This document shows positions 49,519-62,169 of a stretch of 64,000 bases of DNA, piece by piece. Position 1 is the first letter of the stretch, and the number at the start of each line of letters is the position of its first letter. Made by a program: the position numbers and the translations under genes. Source of the DNA: Pristiophorus japonicus. Its lineage: Eukaryota. Where the stretch lies: the NCBI RefSeq assembly GCF_044704955.1, contig NC_091990.1, positions 26,846,001-26,910,000 on the forward strand, in the 5' to 3' direction. Under the pieces are notes generated by a model. The model saw only the letters and a program-made list of their open reading frames with translations, had not been told where the DNA came from and did no database searches.

Positions 49519-50579
49519 GCCGAGCCACTAGCTGTTGCGATGCTGTGGGTTATTGTCCTTGCATTAAGCTGTGTGAAACCTATTATTGGTCAGCTGCAGT
49601 ACATCAACTTCAGGTTGTGTTAGTGGCACAGATACGCTATAACCGAGGTCTGATTCCTGGGAAAAGGTTTTATTTCTGGGACAAGAGGGAGGCGCCACAT
49701 CAAACCACTGACCTTTTACCTCTGGGGTCTGTGTTTGGCTTCACACTGACCGAGTGAAAGTCCTGGCTGGCTGCTGGTTTGGTGGATCAGTTTTGCAGTG
49801 GAAACAGGCCAGAGCAAAGCTTCAAAAACTGGGGCCAGGAGCGTGAGGAGGTCCGGACTGGGACAAGCGGGAAGCACCAAAGTCCCCGACTCCAGCCCCT
49901 CCCCATCTCCACCAGCAATCCTTGCTCCACTCCAGCAGCCTCTCTCTGACTCTCTCTCCTCCAGCAGCCCCACCCCGGCACCTCCCATCAACGCTGAGTA
50001 ATTCACAGCCCATCTGGCCCCATCTTAACACAAGCGGAGGCCCCATTCAAATGGGAATCTTTATCAGCACAGTGTGCTGGATCAGATGTTGTGGGTAGCA
50101 ATTGCTTTTAAATCTGTATCTTTTTACTTTAAATATAAGTAAGTTATAGATTTTGTGCAAATCCTTTGGCACGGCGGACTAGATTTTAGTTGATGGTGTG
50201 AAAGGCTATCCGCCCCAGATCAGTTGGTCAATAGCTGTGGTTCGACACACTGGGCAGAAGGCTTTCTACAAGAAAACTAAACATTTTACAGAGTGACAGA
50301 TCAGTAAATGGAAAGTGCGGACCTTGTATTGGGTGTGTTTTTAAACAGCCGTAGTTTCTGATTGGTCTATTTTAATGCTGGAAGTTGACGCTGGTGTTAA
50401 AATAACAAGGTCATAAAATCCAGGCTGGTTTCATCATCAGGATTCATTGTAAAACTTCATCACCAGTAACTGCAGTTTTCATTAATGTCTTTGTTCTGTT
50501 TTGTCCCATACTTTTAAAAATGTTTAACAAGATGATAAATGTTAACCACAATGTAATTAATGCTAGCTGCTCCGTCTCA

Positions 50580-53245
50580 AATAATCATGCTCTCTCTCCT
50601 CTGTTTACAGCCCTCTTATCCTCCCTTAATCTCTCCCTCAATATAAACTCACCTACCCATATTCAGGACCACCCCTTCGACCTCGCTATCTCAGGTGGTC
50701 TGCTCCCATCGTGTCAATTGCAGATAAGACCATCTCTGATTACTACCCTGTCCCCCTTCCCCTTCCCAACCCCATTTCCTTCTGTGTCCACTCCTGGAAA
50801 ACAACTCTTTCCCCAAGTCACTTACAACAGCACTTTCAAATACCCAACTGTCCAGCCTTTGGCCCTCCATTCACCATACCATTTATGCAGCTACCAATCT
50901 GCTCAATCACACCCTAGTCATTCCCTCTGGTACGGCCCTTATCTCCACTCCTTTAAGTCCAAAGAGCTAAGACTTGAACGTTTATGGCAGACAACTGGTT
51001 TAGCCATTCATTGCGAGATCTGGCTGGACCACATGAAACACTATTGGGCCTTGCTGTCCTCTGCCAAAACTGCTCACTACTGCAGGATCATCTTTGAATG
51101 CAAAGATAATCCCTGGCTTCTCTTCACTACAGACCGTCTTCTTAAACCCTCTCTCCTGCCTCCTCCAATAAGTGCAAGGAGCTCATGGGCTGCTTTGTCA
51201 CTAAGATTGAGACCATCCATTCAGCTGTCTCTGCCACTTCCCTCCCATCCCCATCCCAGGGTGGTACTGCTGGAAAAGGTTGGAGATAAGAACATAAGAA
51301 ATAGGAAGAGTAGGCCACCTGGCCCCTCGAGCCTGCTCTGCCATTTAATAAGATCATAGCTGATCTGATCATGGACTCAGGTCCTCTTCCCTGCCCGCTC
51401 CCCACAACCCTTTACTCCCTTATCATTCAAAAATCTGTCTATTTCCACCTTAAATATATTCAATGACCCAGCCTCCACAGCTCTCTGGGGCAGGTAATTC
51501 GATAGATTCACAATCCTCAGAAGAAATTCTTCCTCATCTCAGTTTTAAATGGGTGTCCTCTTATTCTAAGACTATGTCCCCTAGTTTTAGTTTCTCCTAT
51601 AAGTGGAAATATCCTCTCTGCATCTACCTTGTCGAGCCCCCTCATTATAAGTTTCAATAAGATCGCCTCTCAATCTTCTGAACTCCAATGTGTATAGGCC
51701 CAACCTATTCAACTTATCCTCATCTCTGGAATCAACCTAGCCCTAGCCCTGAACTTGAATCTTTCATTTTATCTCCACTCCAAGCTAATCCTGTCTGAGA
51801 CCCACCTCCTGCTCCCTTGACCTATTCCCACCAAACTGCTGACCTACAACTTCCCTTCAAGCCCTCCTCAGGTACTGTCCCCCTCCCCCTCCCCATCAAA
51901 TCTGCCATCATCACCCCCTCCAAAAAAGCCCACCCTTAACCCCTTCGTCCTTGCAAACAACCACCCCCTCTCCGACCTCTCAAGTCCTTGAACATGTTGC
52001 TGCCTCCCAAATTCATGCCCATCTTTCCCACAACTCTGTTTGAATTCCTCCAATCAGGTTTCTGTCCCTGACACAGGACTGTAACAGCCCATATCACAGT
52101 CACAAATGTGACTGTGACCGTGATAAACTATCTCTACCTGTCAGCAGCCTTTGCTATCATTGACTACACCAGCTTCCTCCAACACCTCTCCACCATCGTC
52201 CAGCTGGTTGGGCCTCACCTCGCCTGGTTCTTTATGCAGTCGTAACCAAAGAATCTCCTGCAATGGCTTCTCTTCCCATTCCTGCATCATTACCTCGAGT
52301 CCCCCAAGGATTATTCCATTGCTCCCTCCAATTTTTCATTTACATGCTGCCCCTCAGCGACATCATCCAAAAACATGTCAGATTCCACATGTACACTGAT
52401 GACATTCAGCTCTACCTCATCACCACCACCTCTCTCAACCCTGCTATCTCTGATTTGTCACTTTGCTTGTCCGACACCTAGTATTGAATGAACAGAAATT
52501 CCCTACAATTAAAGACTGGGAAGACCGAAGCTATTGTCTTTGGTCCCCACAAAAAACTGTGTTCCCTAGCCACCGATTCCATCCCTCTTCCTGGCAACTG
52601 TCTGAGGCTGAACCAGACCGTTTGCAACCATGGCATTCTATTTGACCGAGTTGAGCTTCCGTCCCCATATCCTCGCCATCACCAAGACCACATATCTTCA
52701 CCTCTAATATTGGCCATCTCTGCCCCTGCCTCAACTCATCTGCTGCTGAAATACACTACCTCTAGACTTGACAATTCCAATGCTCCTCTGGCTGCCCTCT
52801 TACCTTCCACCCTCCGTAAACTTGCGCTCATTCAAAATTCTGCTGCCCGTATCCTAACTTGCACCAAGACCCGTTCACCCATCACCCGTTCTTGCTCACC
52901 TACATTGGCTCCTGGTCCAGCATAGCCTTGATTTTAACCACTCCGAATCTCTAATTTCTTCCAGCCCTACAACCATCCAAGATCTCTGCGCTCCTCTAAT
53001 TCTGGCCTCTTGCGCATTCCCGATTTTAATCGCACCACCGTTGGTGGCCGTGTCGTCAGTTGCCTTGGGCCCAAGCTCTGGAATTTCCTCCCGCAACCTC
53101 TCCGCCTTCCTCTCCTCCTTTTAAGATGCTCCTTAAAACCTATCTCTTTTACCAATCTTATGGTCACCTGTCCTAATATCGGTCTCAGTCAAATTTTGTT
53201 TGATAACACCTTGGGACATTTTACTATATTAACTTGCATTTAGAT
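50580..53245 (+). mobile_element. Degraded L2 LINE with a nested antisense CR1 3' end (~51288-51740)
   Basis: VPQG..FFIYMLPL..FHMYTDDIQLYL, LQLKTGKTEAIVFG and SRLDNSNA motifs; L2 tail at ~53200. Confidence 0.8.
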
Positions 53246-56045
53246 AATGCCTTTAACAGGAGTGAGTGCTCTAATCCATTAATGCCCTGATGGGACCCAT
53301 TAGCTAGCATCCTCTGACCACAACTTTGAATATTTCCAGCCTTTTTTATATTTCTGACTCTTTAGTTCCTTTACCTTTTGGTTTAATTGTTAATTTAAGC
53401 AGCGTGTTTCAGGTGAAGTATGGGCGAGCGGTGCAGCAAGTTCAGACTCTTGGCCGAGTATTACAATCTGCTGGGTCCAAGTCCATTGGCCACATATAAC
53501 TCTTGCTGTTCTTTTTACTGTGACCTGTCAGGGCCACGGCTGTTTACAGTGAGTCAGAAACTGCTCCACAGACATCAGGCTATTCTGCCCTGTTTTTCAT
53601 AACAAATAAAGTGTGAACACCAGTATGTATTCAAGCTTTGTGAAGTGCTTCCACAGCCGGCCAGTGATTACTCTCCACATTGCTGCCTTTCTGCCAGTGG
53701 TTGTGTGTCCTGGGCTTTTACTAATGAGTGGCCCTCCTTTGATCAGACTGCAATCAGCACCATCGCAAAGCACTGAGCTGAGCAAATTATCTGTTTACAG
53801 TAGTCCCAGAGTCAAGGCCCCGACATTTGTGGCAGAGTTCCTGCCGGGATGGTCACACCAGAAGACAGCGAGCCTGTGATGTACCTCTAGGATATGTTCT
53901 CTGCTAGTGACTCCCTACCATAGAGTGTGTTCACAGTGCAACCCACCAGCAACTCCCCCGCACCACATCCAAACCCGCAATACAGCCACAGGAGGTGGCC
54001 ATTCAGTTAGCACACCTGTACAACTGGTGTTCCCAGGCTATGGAGAGAGAGTTTGGAATTGATACTGCTGAATGATTGTGGCTGCATGGAAGGGTGCAGC
54101 GGCAAAGAAATTCAAGCAGTGATGACTCAAAGGTGCAGACAATGCTGGTCTCCTGGTGGGAGTGAGCTGCAGATCTTCAGCCAGCAGTTGACATCTCCCT
54201 AATAGCCTCTGAGTGGGAGGGGGGGAGGAGGAGGAAATGGGTAAGGGGGAGGACACATTGGCCTAAGCTGACAATGCAGTTAAACACCAGAGCAACAATC
54301 TGCCCACTGCTCTTTAATCCAAAGCCCTGCACCAACACAGCCAATCAGAATTGGAAGTGGATAAAACAGATCACTGGTAGATCCATCGCCTCGTGTTTCT
54401 TCCTTTCCAGACTGGCTGGAGGAATGTTCCTGGCATCAGCCCTCTAAATGCAGTGAGCTGCAACATATCGATGGGTGCATCATATCCACAAATGTCCCTG
54501 AAGATCAGAAGCAGGCACGCTTCCTCACCCATGGGTGATGACATCAATTGCAGCACACTGGATGAGGTCAGCTAACTGCACATATCATGGACTAAAGCTA
54601 GGCTCTCTGCTCTGTACAACTCAGTCCACACCAGATGGAACCTTCACTCACGAAGCCAAAGGAAAAATGAGGTTGATTAACAAAACTATTCCCAACAAGA
54701 TCCATTTGTTTTAGAACCTGAAGTCCACAGACGGCCACGGGCAATTTAAGAGTAAGATCTTAATCACACCGATTGCTGGTGTTATGCAGGTGTCTGGGTG
54801 ACCTGGAGCAAGTTCATATAGAAATTACCCCATTTTTCTCCACAGTGTTGAGTGACCCCAATATGGAGCCTAAAACCATTCATTGACATTTCGTTCAGTG
54901 AGTGTTATTTGCAGGAGGCTATTTTTACATCAGCTGTGGCTCTGTGCCCACTGCAGTGACCCCTGGGTAACCAGTTGCGATGGTTCGAACCCATTACTGT
55001 GGCCTTGTGCTAATCTGTCACCCATATACCATTGAACCTCAAACAGTGGGGAAAAAAAACAACTGATTACTTCCTTTGGTAATCAAACAAACGCTGCAGT
55101 TCCAAGCAAATAATTTTTGTAAATAACCCAGACGTCAACCGTCGGAAGAATAAGCAGCCATTGCCTCAGGGCAATTCCTGCTTTCCCCGCAGTCTCACTA
55201 CTGCCTAAAATTAGACTCAATGTTTAGCTGGAATCCTTCACGACCTACCTGCTGTACCTCACTCCTCTACTCAACCACAACCTTTCACTTAATCCAGTTA
55301 CTCTGCTTATCCAATCCACCTTAAATCCTCACTCAGCCCAATTGTAGTCATTATCCAACCATAGCTAGACTTAATCCTGCACCCAACTCCACCTCATCCA
55401 ATCCTGCCATAATCACCAAACCATACCCACATCTTTCATCCACTTGCTCTCACTGGGCGCCAAGCTCCCCTCTTCTACTTACACTTGTGGGTGGGAGTGA
55501 TACACAGTCTCCTCCGTACAACATCAGTGAATCAACAAGGAATGAGCGATCAACATCAGACAAAATTCTGTGAATGTGGGAACAAAATAACTCAATGAGA
55601 ATGAGTCAAGACTGTGGCCCTGGAATCTTTCCTCACTGGAATTGGAGAGTGGAGGATCTGGACTGAGGATACAGTTAGCTTGTTGGGAGAGACCATGATT
55701 TGAAAGTGAAGACGATGCCCTTAAGGCAATGGGGGGGGGGGGGCGATGGGTGAGAGGGGGGGGAAAACAAGGGGCTGCCACAGTGAGAGATTCAAATGAT
55801 AAGATGGACAGTCCTGTTGGTTGTTGATGTTTATATCCTGCTGGCAGCGAGAGGAATGTGAAAGATTGAAGAAACCCTGAGCTGTAGGCCAGATTGTTAA
55901 AGGGGGCCAACTTAGATAAAATATTAAGTGCGATACAGCCTGGCGATGACCTCAGTCAGAATAGAGCAGAAAAATAAAAATGAGTGAAAAGTAGATTTTA
56001 TAAAAAGAAAACTTTTTTTTTTATAAACTCAGCGATCGACCACTA

Positions 56046-56051
56046 TTTATT
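56046..56051 (-). terminator. Candidate KDF1 polyadenylation signal
   Basis: Minus-strand AATAAA followed by T-rich downstream sequence. An alternative ATTAAA lies at ~57369-57374. Confidence 0.5.
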
Positions 56052-56499
56052 ACAAAAATCTTATATCTGCACCCACCTTGTCAACCTTTCCCACTATAAA
56101 TCCCTTGGTCCACATTTATAGTGAAAACTGTCCACGTAAACGATAACGCTGAAATTACACCTTTCATGAGTGGTGGCACTGTAGAGCTTCAGTTTTACTT
56201 CTCCCAGCTCCTGACCCTGTCTCACTGTCGCCAAACTTGCCAGACAGGTTTCTGCTACATTCACTGGAACCGAGTCCGCAGCAGTGTTCAGTTGACACGA
56301 GGTGCCGTGCCATTGTTGCACAAAGTTTTCGGTTAAAAGCACAAAACCAACACAGAAGCATCACTTCAATTTGTAAACCGTCAGGTAAAGGACTTAAAAA
56401 CTATAAACACATTTTAAAACCCTAGAAAAATAGCTGGAGAGAATTAGCAGATGATGAAGGCAGAAATTTGCCACAGTAAGGTGCACACAGTCTACAACA

Positions 56500-56780
56500 C
56501 AAATGTAATGTACTGGGGGAGAGGCTTTGATGGGTTAATATGCCAGGGGGAGGGGCTTTGATGGGTTAATGTATTGGGGGGAAGGGTCTCGATGGGTTAG
56601 TATACTGGGGGAGGGGCCTCAATGGGCTTGTGTACCGGGGGAGTTTTGATGGGTTTGTGTACCGGGGGAGGGGCTTCGATGGGTTAATGTACCAGAGGAG
56701 GGGCTTTGATGGGTTAATATACCAGAGGGGAGGGGTTTTGATTGGTTCATGTACTGGGGGAGGGGCTTTGCTGAGCTAAG
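56500..56780. repeat. Degenerate ~31-bp tandem repeat (gatgggttaatgtactgggggaggggcttt)
   Basis: About 8-9 diverged tandem copies. Confidence 0.8.
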
Positions 56781-57616
56781 TGGCTCATTACAAAGCTCTA
56801 CAGCGCCACCTGCCTGCAGGGAGAGGCTACACCAGACTCACAGCTTCAGAAATACACTCGAGAACCACAAGGTTCATCTGCCCATCAACCCCCCACCGTC
56901 CCCACTGCCCCTCCCAGGATCGATTAACAGCCTTCGGCAACACTCACTGTTCCCCAGGAGACAGTGCCTGTCCCTGGGGTTCAGTGACTCAGCCGAGTGG
57001 CCAGTCCACAGGAGTCGAGACAGTGAGGATCCACTGCCAAGGGCAACTGGAGCAGCACAAATTTGGTTATGTTCCTCCCAAAGTGGGATTAACAACTTCA
57101 GCCCAGGTGGAGGATGGATCCTGGACCTATCTGATCTGTGGGGATCAGTGAACTGCTGATTCCAGTCAATCTTGGGCCCTGCTTCATATCCTGGTAGTGC
57201 AGCTCCAGAGATGGCAGGTACAAGTTCTGCTCACATCTAATATTCATGAGGCTTCCGGCTGGTCCATATTGAAAGTCCCGACCGACAGGATTCTGCACCC
57301 GGTGACGTTACCTAGACCCTGACCGTGGGGGGGGGGGGGATCAAAGCAGATAAGGTTCCAATTTTTGCTTTAATACAAAAAGTGACTTGAAAATCCATTG
57401 ATGTTTCGCCATATTGTTCAGTGACACAAAACAAGTCAATGGACAGAATATCAAAGTAACTGTACAATCACCCCCCCACACGTTCCCCAGTGTTAACACA
57501 AACCCCAACCCGGGGAGGGACCCTACAACCACCAGCTCCTTATTTACAGCAATTCCCATCTCTCCAGTACCCAATGGACTGACTCCAAGCTCTGGCACTG
57601 ACCCTGGCGCTTCGTC

Positions 57617-60600
57617 CGGGGGGGGCGAGGACGAGTGAGGGGGGTGTAGGACGAGTGAGGGGGGTGTAGGACGAGTGAGGGGGGTGTAGGACGAGGACGA
57701 GTGAGGGGGGTGTAGGGCGAGGACGAGTGAGGGGGGTGTAGGACGAGTGAGGGGGGTGTAGGACGAGGACGAGTGAGGGGGGTGTAGGGCGAGGACGAGT
57801 GAGGGGGGTGTAGGACGAGTGAGGGGGGTGTAGGGCGAGGACGAGTGAGGGGGGTGTAGGGCGAGTGAGGGGGGTGTAGGGCGAGGACGAGTGAGGGGGG
57901 GTGTAGGGCGAGGACGAGGACGAGTGAGGGGGGTGTAGGACGAGTGAGGGGGGTGTAGGGCGAGGACGAGTGAGGGGGGCGTAGGGCGAGTACGAGTGAG
58001 GGGGGGCGTAGGCGAGGACGAGGACGAGTGAGGGGGGTGTAGGGCGAGGACGAGTGAGGGGGGTGTAGGGCGAGGACGAGTGAGGGGGGCGTAGGGCGAG
58101 GACGAGTGAGGGGGGCGTAGGGCGAGGACGAGTGAGGGGGGCGTAGGGCGAGGACGAGTGAGGGGGGCGTAGGGCGAGGACGAGTGAGGGGGGCGTAGGG
58201 CGAGGACGAGGACGAGTGAGGGGGGGCGTAGGACGAGGACGAGTGAGGGGGGTGTAGGGCGAGGACGAGTGAGGGGGGCGTAGGGCGAGGACGAGTGAGG
58301 GGAGCGTAGGGCGAGGATAGGTGAGGGGGGCATAGGGCGAGGATAGGTGAGGGGGGCGTAGGGCGAGGACGAGTGAGGGGGGCGTAGGGCGAGGACGAGG
58401 ACGAGTGAGGGGGGCGTAGGGCGAGGACGAGTGAGGGGGGCGTAGGGCGAGGACAGGTGAGGGGGGCGTAGGGCGAGGACGAGGACGAGTGAGGGGGGCG
58501 TAGGGCGAGGACGAGTGAGGGGGGCGTAGGGCGAGGACAGGTGAGGGGGGCGTAGGGCGAGGACAGGTGAGGGGGGCGTAGGGCGAGGACGAGTGAGGGG
58601 GGGCGTAGGGCGAGGACGAGTGAGGGGTGCGTAGGGCGAGGACAGGTGAGGGGGGCATAGGGCGAGGACGAGTGAGGGGGGGCGTAGGGCGAGGACGAGT
58701 GAGGGGTGCGTAGGGCGAGGACGAGTGAGGGGGGCGAGGACGAGTGAGGGGGGCGTAGGGCGAGGACGAGTGAGGGGGGGCGTAGGGCGAGGACGAGTGA
58801 GGGGGGCGTGGGGCGAGGACGAGTGAGGGAGGCGTAGGGCGAGGACAGGTGAGGGGGGCGTAGGGAGAGGACAGGTGAGGGGGGCGTAGGGCGAGGATAG
58901 GTGAGGGGGGCGTAGGGCGAGGACGAGTGAGGGGGGCGTAGGGCGAGGACGAGTGAGGGGGGCGTAGGGCGAGGACGAGTGAGGGGGGCGTAGGGCGAGG
59001 ACGAGGACGAGTGAGGGGGGCGTAGGGCGAGGACGAGTGAGGGGGGCGTAGGGCGAGGACGAGTGAGGGGGGCGAGGACGAGTGAGGGGGGCGAGGACGA
59101 GTGAGGGAGGCGTAGGGCGAGGACGAGTGAGGGGGGCGTAGGGCGAGGACGAGTGAGGGGGGCGTAGGGCGAGGACGAGTGAGGGGGGCGTAGGGCGAGG
59201 ACGAGTGAGGGGGGCGTAGGGCGAGGACGAGTGAGGGGGGCGTAGGGCGAGGACGAGTGAGGGGGGCGTAGGGCGAGGACGAGTGAGGGGGGCGTAGGGC
59301 GAGGACGAGTGAGGGGGGCGTAGGGCGAGGACGAGTGAGGGGGGCGTAGGGCGAGGACGAGTGAGGGGGGCGTAGGGCGAGGACGAGTGAGGGGGGCGTA
59401 GGGCGAGGACGAGTGAGGGGGGCGTAGGGCGAGGACGAGTGAGGGGGGCGTAGGGCGAGGACGAGTGAGGGGGGCGTAGGGCGAGGACGAGGACGAGTGA
59501 GGGGGGCGTAGGGCGAGGACGAGGACGAGTGAGGGGGCGTAGGGCGAGGACAGGTGAGGGGGGTATAGGGCGAGGACGAGTGAGGGGGGCGTAGGGCGAG
59601 GACGAGTGAGGGGGGCGTAGGGCGAGGACAGGTGAGGGGGGCGTAGGGCGAGGATGAGGACGAGTGAGGGGGGCGTAGGACGAGGACGAGTGAGGGGGGC
59701 GTAGGGCGAGGACGAGTGAGGGGGGCGTAGGGCGAGGACGAGTGAGGGGGGCGAGGACGAGTGAGGGGGGGCGTAGGGCGAGGACGAGTGAGGGAGGCGT
59801 AGGGCGAGGACGAGTGAGGGGGGCGTAGGGCGAGGACGAGTGAGGGGGGCGTAGGGCGAGGACGAGTGAGGGGGGCGTAGGGCGAGGACGAGTGAGGGGG
59901 GCGTAGGGCGAGGACGAGTGAGGGGGGCGTAGGGCGAGGACGAGTGAGGGGGGCGTAGGGCGAGGACGAGTGAGGGGGGCGTAGGGCGAGGACGAGTGAG
60001 GGGGGCGTAGGGCGAGGACGAGTGAGGGGGGCGTAGGGCGAGGACGAGTGAGGGGGGCGTAGGGCGAGGACGAGTGAGGGGGGCGTAGGGCGAGGACGAG
60101 TGAGGGGGGCGTAGGGCGAGGACGAGTGAGGGGGGCGTAGGGCGAGGACGAGTGAGGGGGGGCGTAGGGCGAGGACGAGTGAGGGGGGCGTAGGGCGAGG
60201 ACGAGTGAGGGGGGCGTAGGGCGAGGACGAGTGAGGGGGGCGTAGGGCGAGGACGAGTGAGGGGGGCGTAGGGCGAGGACGAGTGAGGGGGGCGTAGGGC
60301 GAGGACGAGTGAGGGGGGCGTAGGGCGAGGACGAGTGAGGGGGGCGTAGGGCGAGGACGAGTGAGGGGGGCGTAGGGCGAGGACGAGGACGAGTGAGGGG
60401 GGCGTAGGGCGAGGACGAGGACGAGTGAGGGGGCGTAGGGCGAGGACAGGTGAGGGGGGTATAGGGCGAGGACGAGTGAGGGGGGCGTAGGGCGAGGACG
60501 CGTGAAGGGGGTAGGGGAGGACGCGTGAGGGGGGTAGGGGGGATGAGTGATGGGGGGGGGGGGGGAGAGGACGAGTGATGGGGGGGGGAGAGGACGAGTG

Positions 60601-61305
60601 AGGGGGGGTTAGGGGGAGGACGCGTGAGGGGGGGTAGGGGGAGGACGCGTGAGGGGGGGTAGGGGGGACGAGTGATGGGGGGGGGAGGACGAGTGATGGG
60701 GGGGGGGGGAGGACGAGTGATGGGGGGGGGGGGGAGAGGACGCGTGAGGGGGGGTTAGGGGGAGGACGCGTGAGGGGGGGTTAGGGGGGACGAGTGATGG
60801 GGGGGGAGGACGAGTGATGGGGGGGGGGGGAGGACGAGTGATGGGGGGGGGGGAGAGGACGCGTGAGGGGGGGTTAGGGGGAGGACGCGTGAGGGGGGTT
60901 AGGGGGAGGACGCGTGAGGGGGGGTTAGGGGGGACGAGTGATGGGGGGGGGAGGACGAGTGATGGGGGGGGGGGGGGGAGGACGAGTGAGGGGGGGTTAG
61001 GGGGAGGACGCGTGAGGGGGGGTAGGGGGGACGAGTGATGGGGGGGGGGAGGACGAGTGATGGGGGGGGGGGGAGGACGAGTGAGGGGGGGTTAGGGGGA
61101 GGACGCGTGAGGGGGGGTAGGGGGAGGACGCGTGAGGGGGGGTAGGGGGAGGACGCGTGATGGGGGGGGGAGGACGAGTGATGGGGGGGGGGGGAGGACG
61201 AGTGATGGGGGGGGGGGGGAGGACGAGTGATGGGGGGGGGGAGGACGAGTGAGGGGGGTTTAGGGGGAGGACGAGTGAGGGGCGGGGGCGGGGGGGGGGG
61301 GGGGA
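57617..61305. repeat. 26-bp G-rich minisatellite (gagtgaggggggcgtagggcgaggac)n grading into a variant array at ~60490-61305
   Basis: Period 26, read from positions 59221 and 59247. Total length ~3.7 kb. Confidence 0.97.
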
Positions 61306-61513
61306 GGACGAGGGAAAGAATGGCTCCTCCACGGGCTAAAAGCACCGAACACGGTTGGTTGGAGACTAGAAGGGACCAGAGGAAATCGTTTCTCAGCGAA
61401 AAACAGCCGAGAGCCAGAGAGGGAGGGTTTCAGCTCCACACTTTCCATCAGGCCAGGGCTGCCCGGCCACTCATTCCGGTTATTCTCAGTGTGCGGTATC
61501 TTGCTCGCCGACC

Positions 61514-61590
61514 CTAGAGATAGACTTTGAGCAGCGGGGCTCCCGATGAATCAGTTTCCGTGTCCTGAAGAGAATCGTCTTTTCGCAATT
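61514..61590 (-). CDS. KDF1: Keratinocyte differentiation factor 1, terminal coding exon (rest of gene beyond the right edge)
   Basis: Acceptor (tc)n-ccag|AA. (E)LRKDDSLQDTETDSSGAPLLKVYL* matches the KDF1 C-terminus (DSSGAPLLQVYC, from memory). Convergent with NUDC, as in human. Confidence 0.85.
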
Positions 61591-61646
61591 CTGGAGAGAG
61601 AGAGAGAAAACAGTGAGTATTGGGTCCTCTCTGGGGGTGACGGAAG

Positions 61647-61860
61647 AACATAAGAATTAGGAGCAGGAAGGAGTAGGCCATTTGGCCCCTCGAGCCTGCT
61701 CCGCCATTTAATAAGATCATGGCTGATCTGATCATGGACTCAACTCCACTTCCCTGCCCGCTCCCCTTTATTCCCTTATTGCACAAAGATCTGTCTATCT
61801 CCACCTTAAATATATTTGATGACCCAGCATCCACAGCTCTCTGGAACAGAGAATTCCATC
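61647..61860 (-). mobile_element. CR1 3' tail fragment in the KDF1 last intron
   Basis: gaacataagaa..gagtaggcca..ccctcgagcctgctccgccattt.. matches the other CR1 tails in this window. Confidence 0.8.
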
Positions 61861-62169
61861 GATTTGAGGGGGGAGACAGGGGAACGGGGTGGGACGAGAG
61901 AGGGGATGGGGGGAGACGAGAGAGGGGGGAGGTGAGGACGAGGGAAAGAATGGCTCCTCCACGGGCTAAAAGCACCGAACACGTGTGGTTGGAGACTTGG
62001 AGACCAGAGGAAATCGTTTCTCAGTGAAAAACAGCCGAGCCAGAGAGGGAGGGTTTCGGCCAGGGGTGCCGGGGCGGAGAGAGGGGACGAGGGTGGGGGG
62101 GGGGGGGGTTGGAATGAGAGAGGAGACGGGGGGGGTGTGGGATGAGAGAGGGGACGGGGGTGAGGGGCT

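Noticed and set aside
53411-53500. Acceptor-like tttcag followed by a short ORF, as an alternative NUDC last exon
   Set aside because: It lies downstream of the NUDC poly(A) signal, and in exon-8 phase it hits TGA immediately.
60600-61270. TTAGGG occurrences suggesting an interstitial telomere
   Set aside because: They are isolated hexamers within G-run variants of the minisatellite, not tandem (TTAGGG)n.
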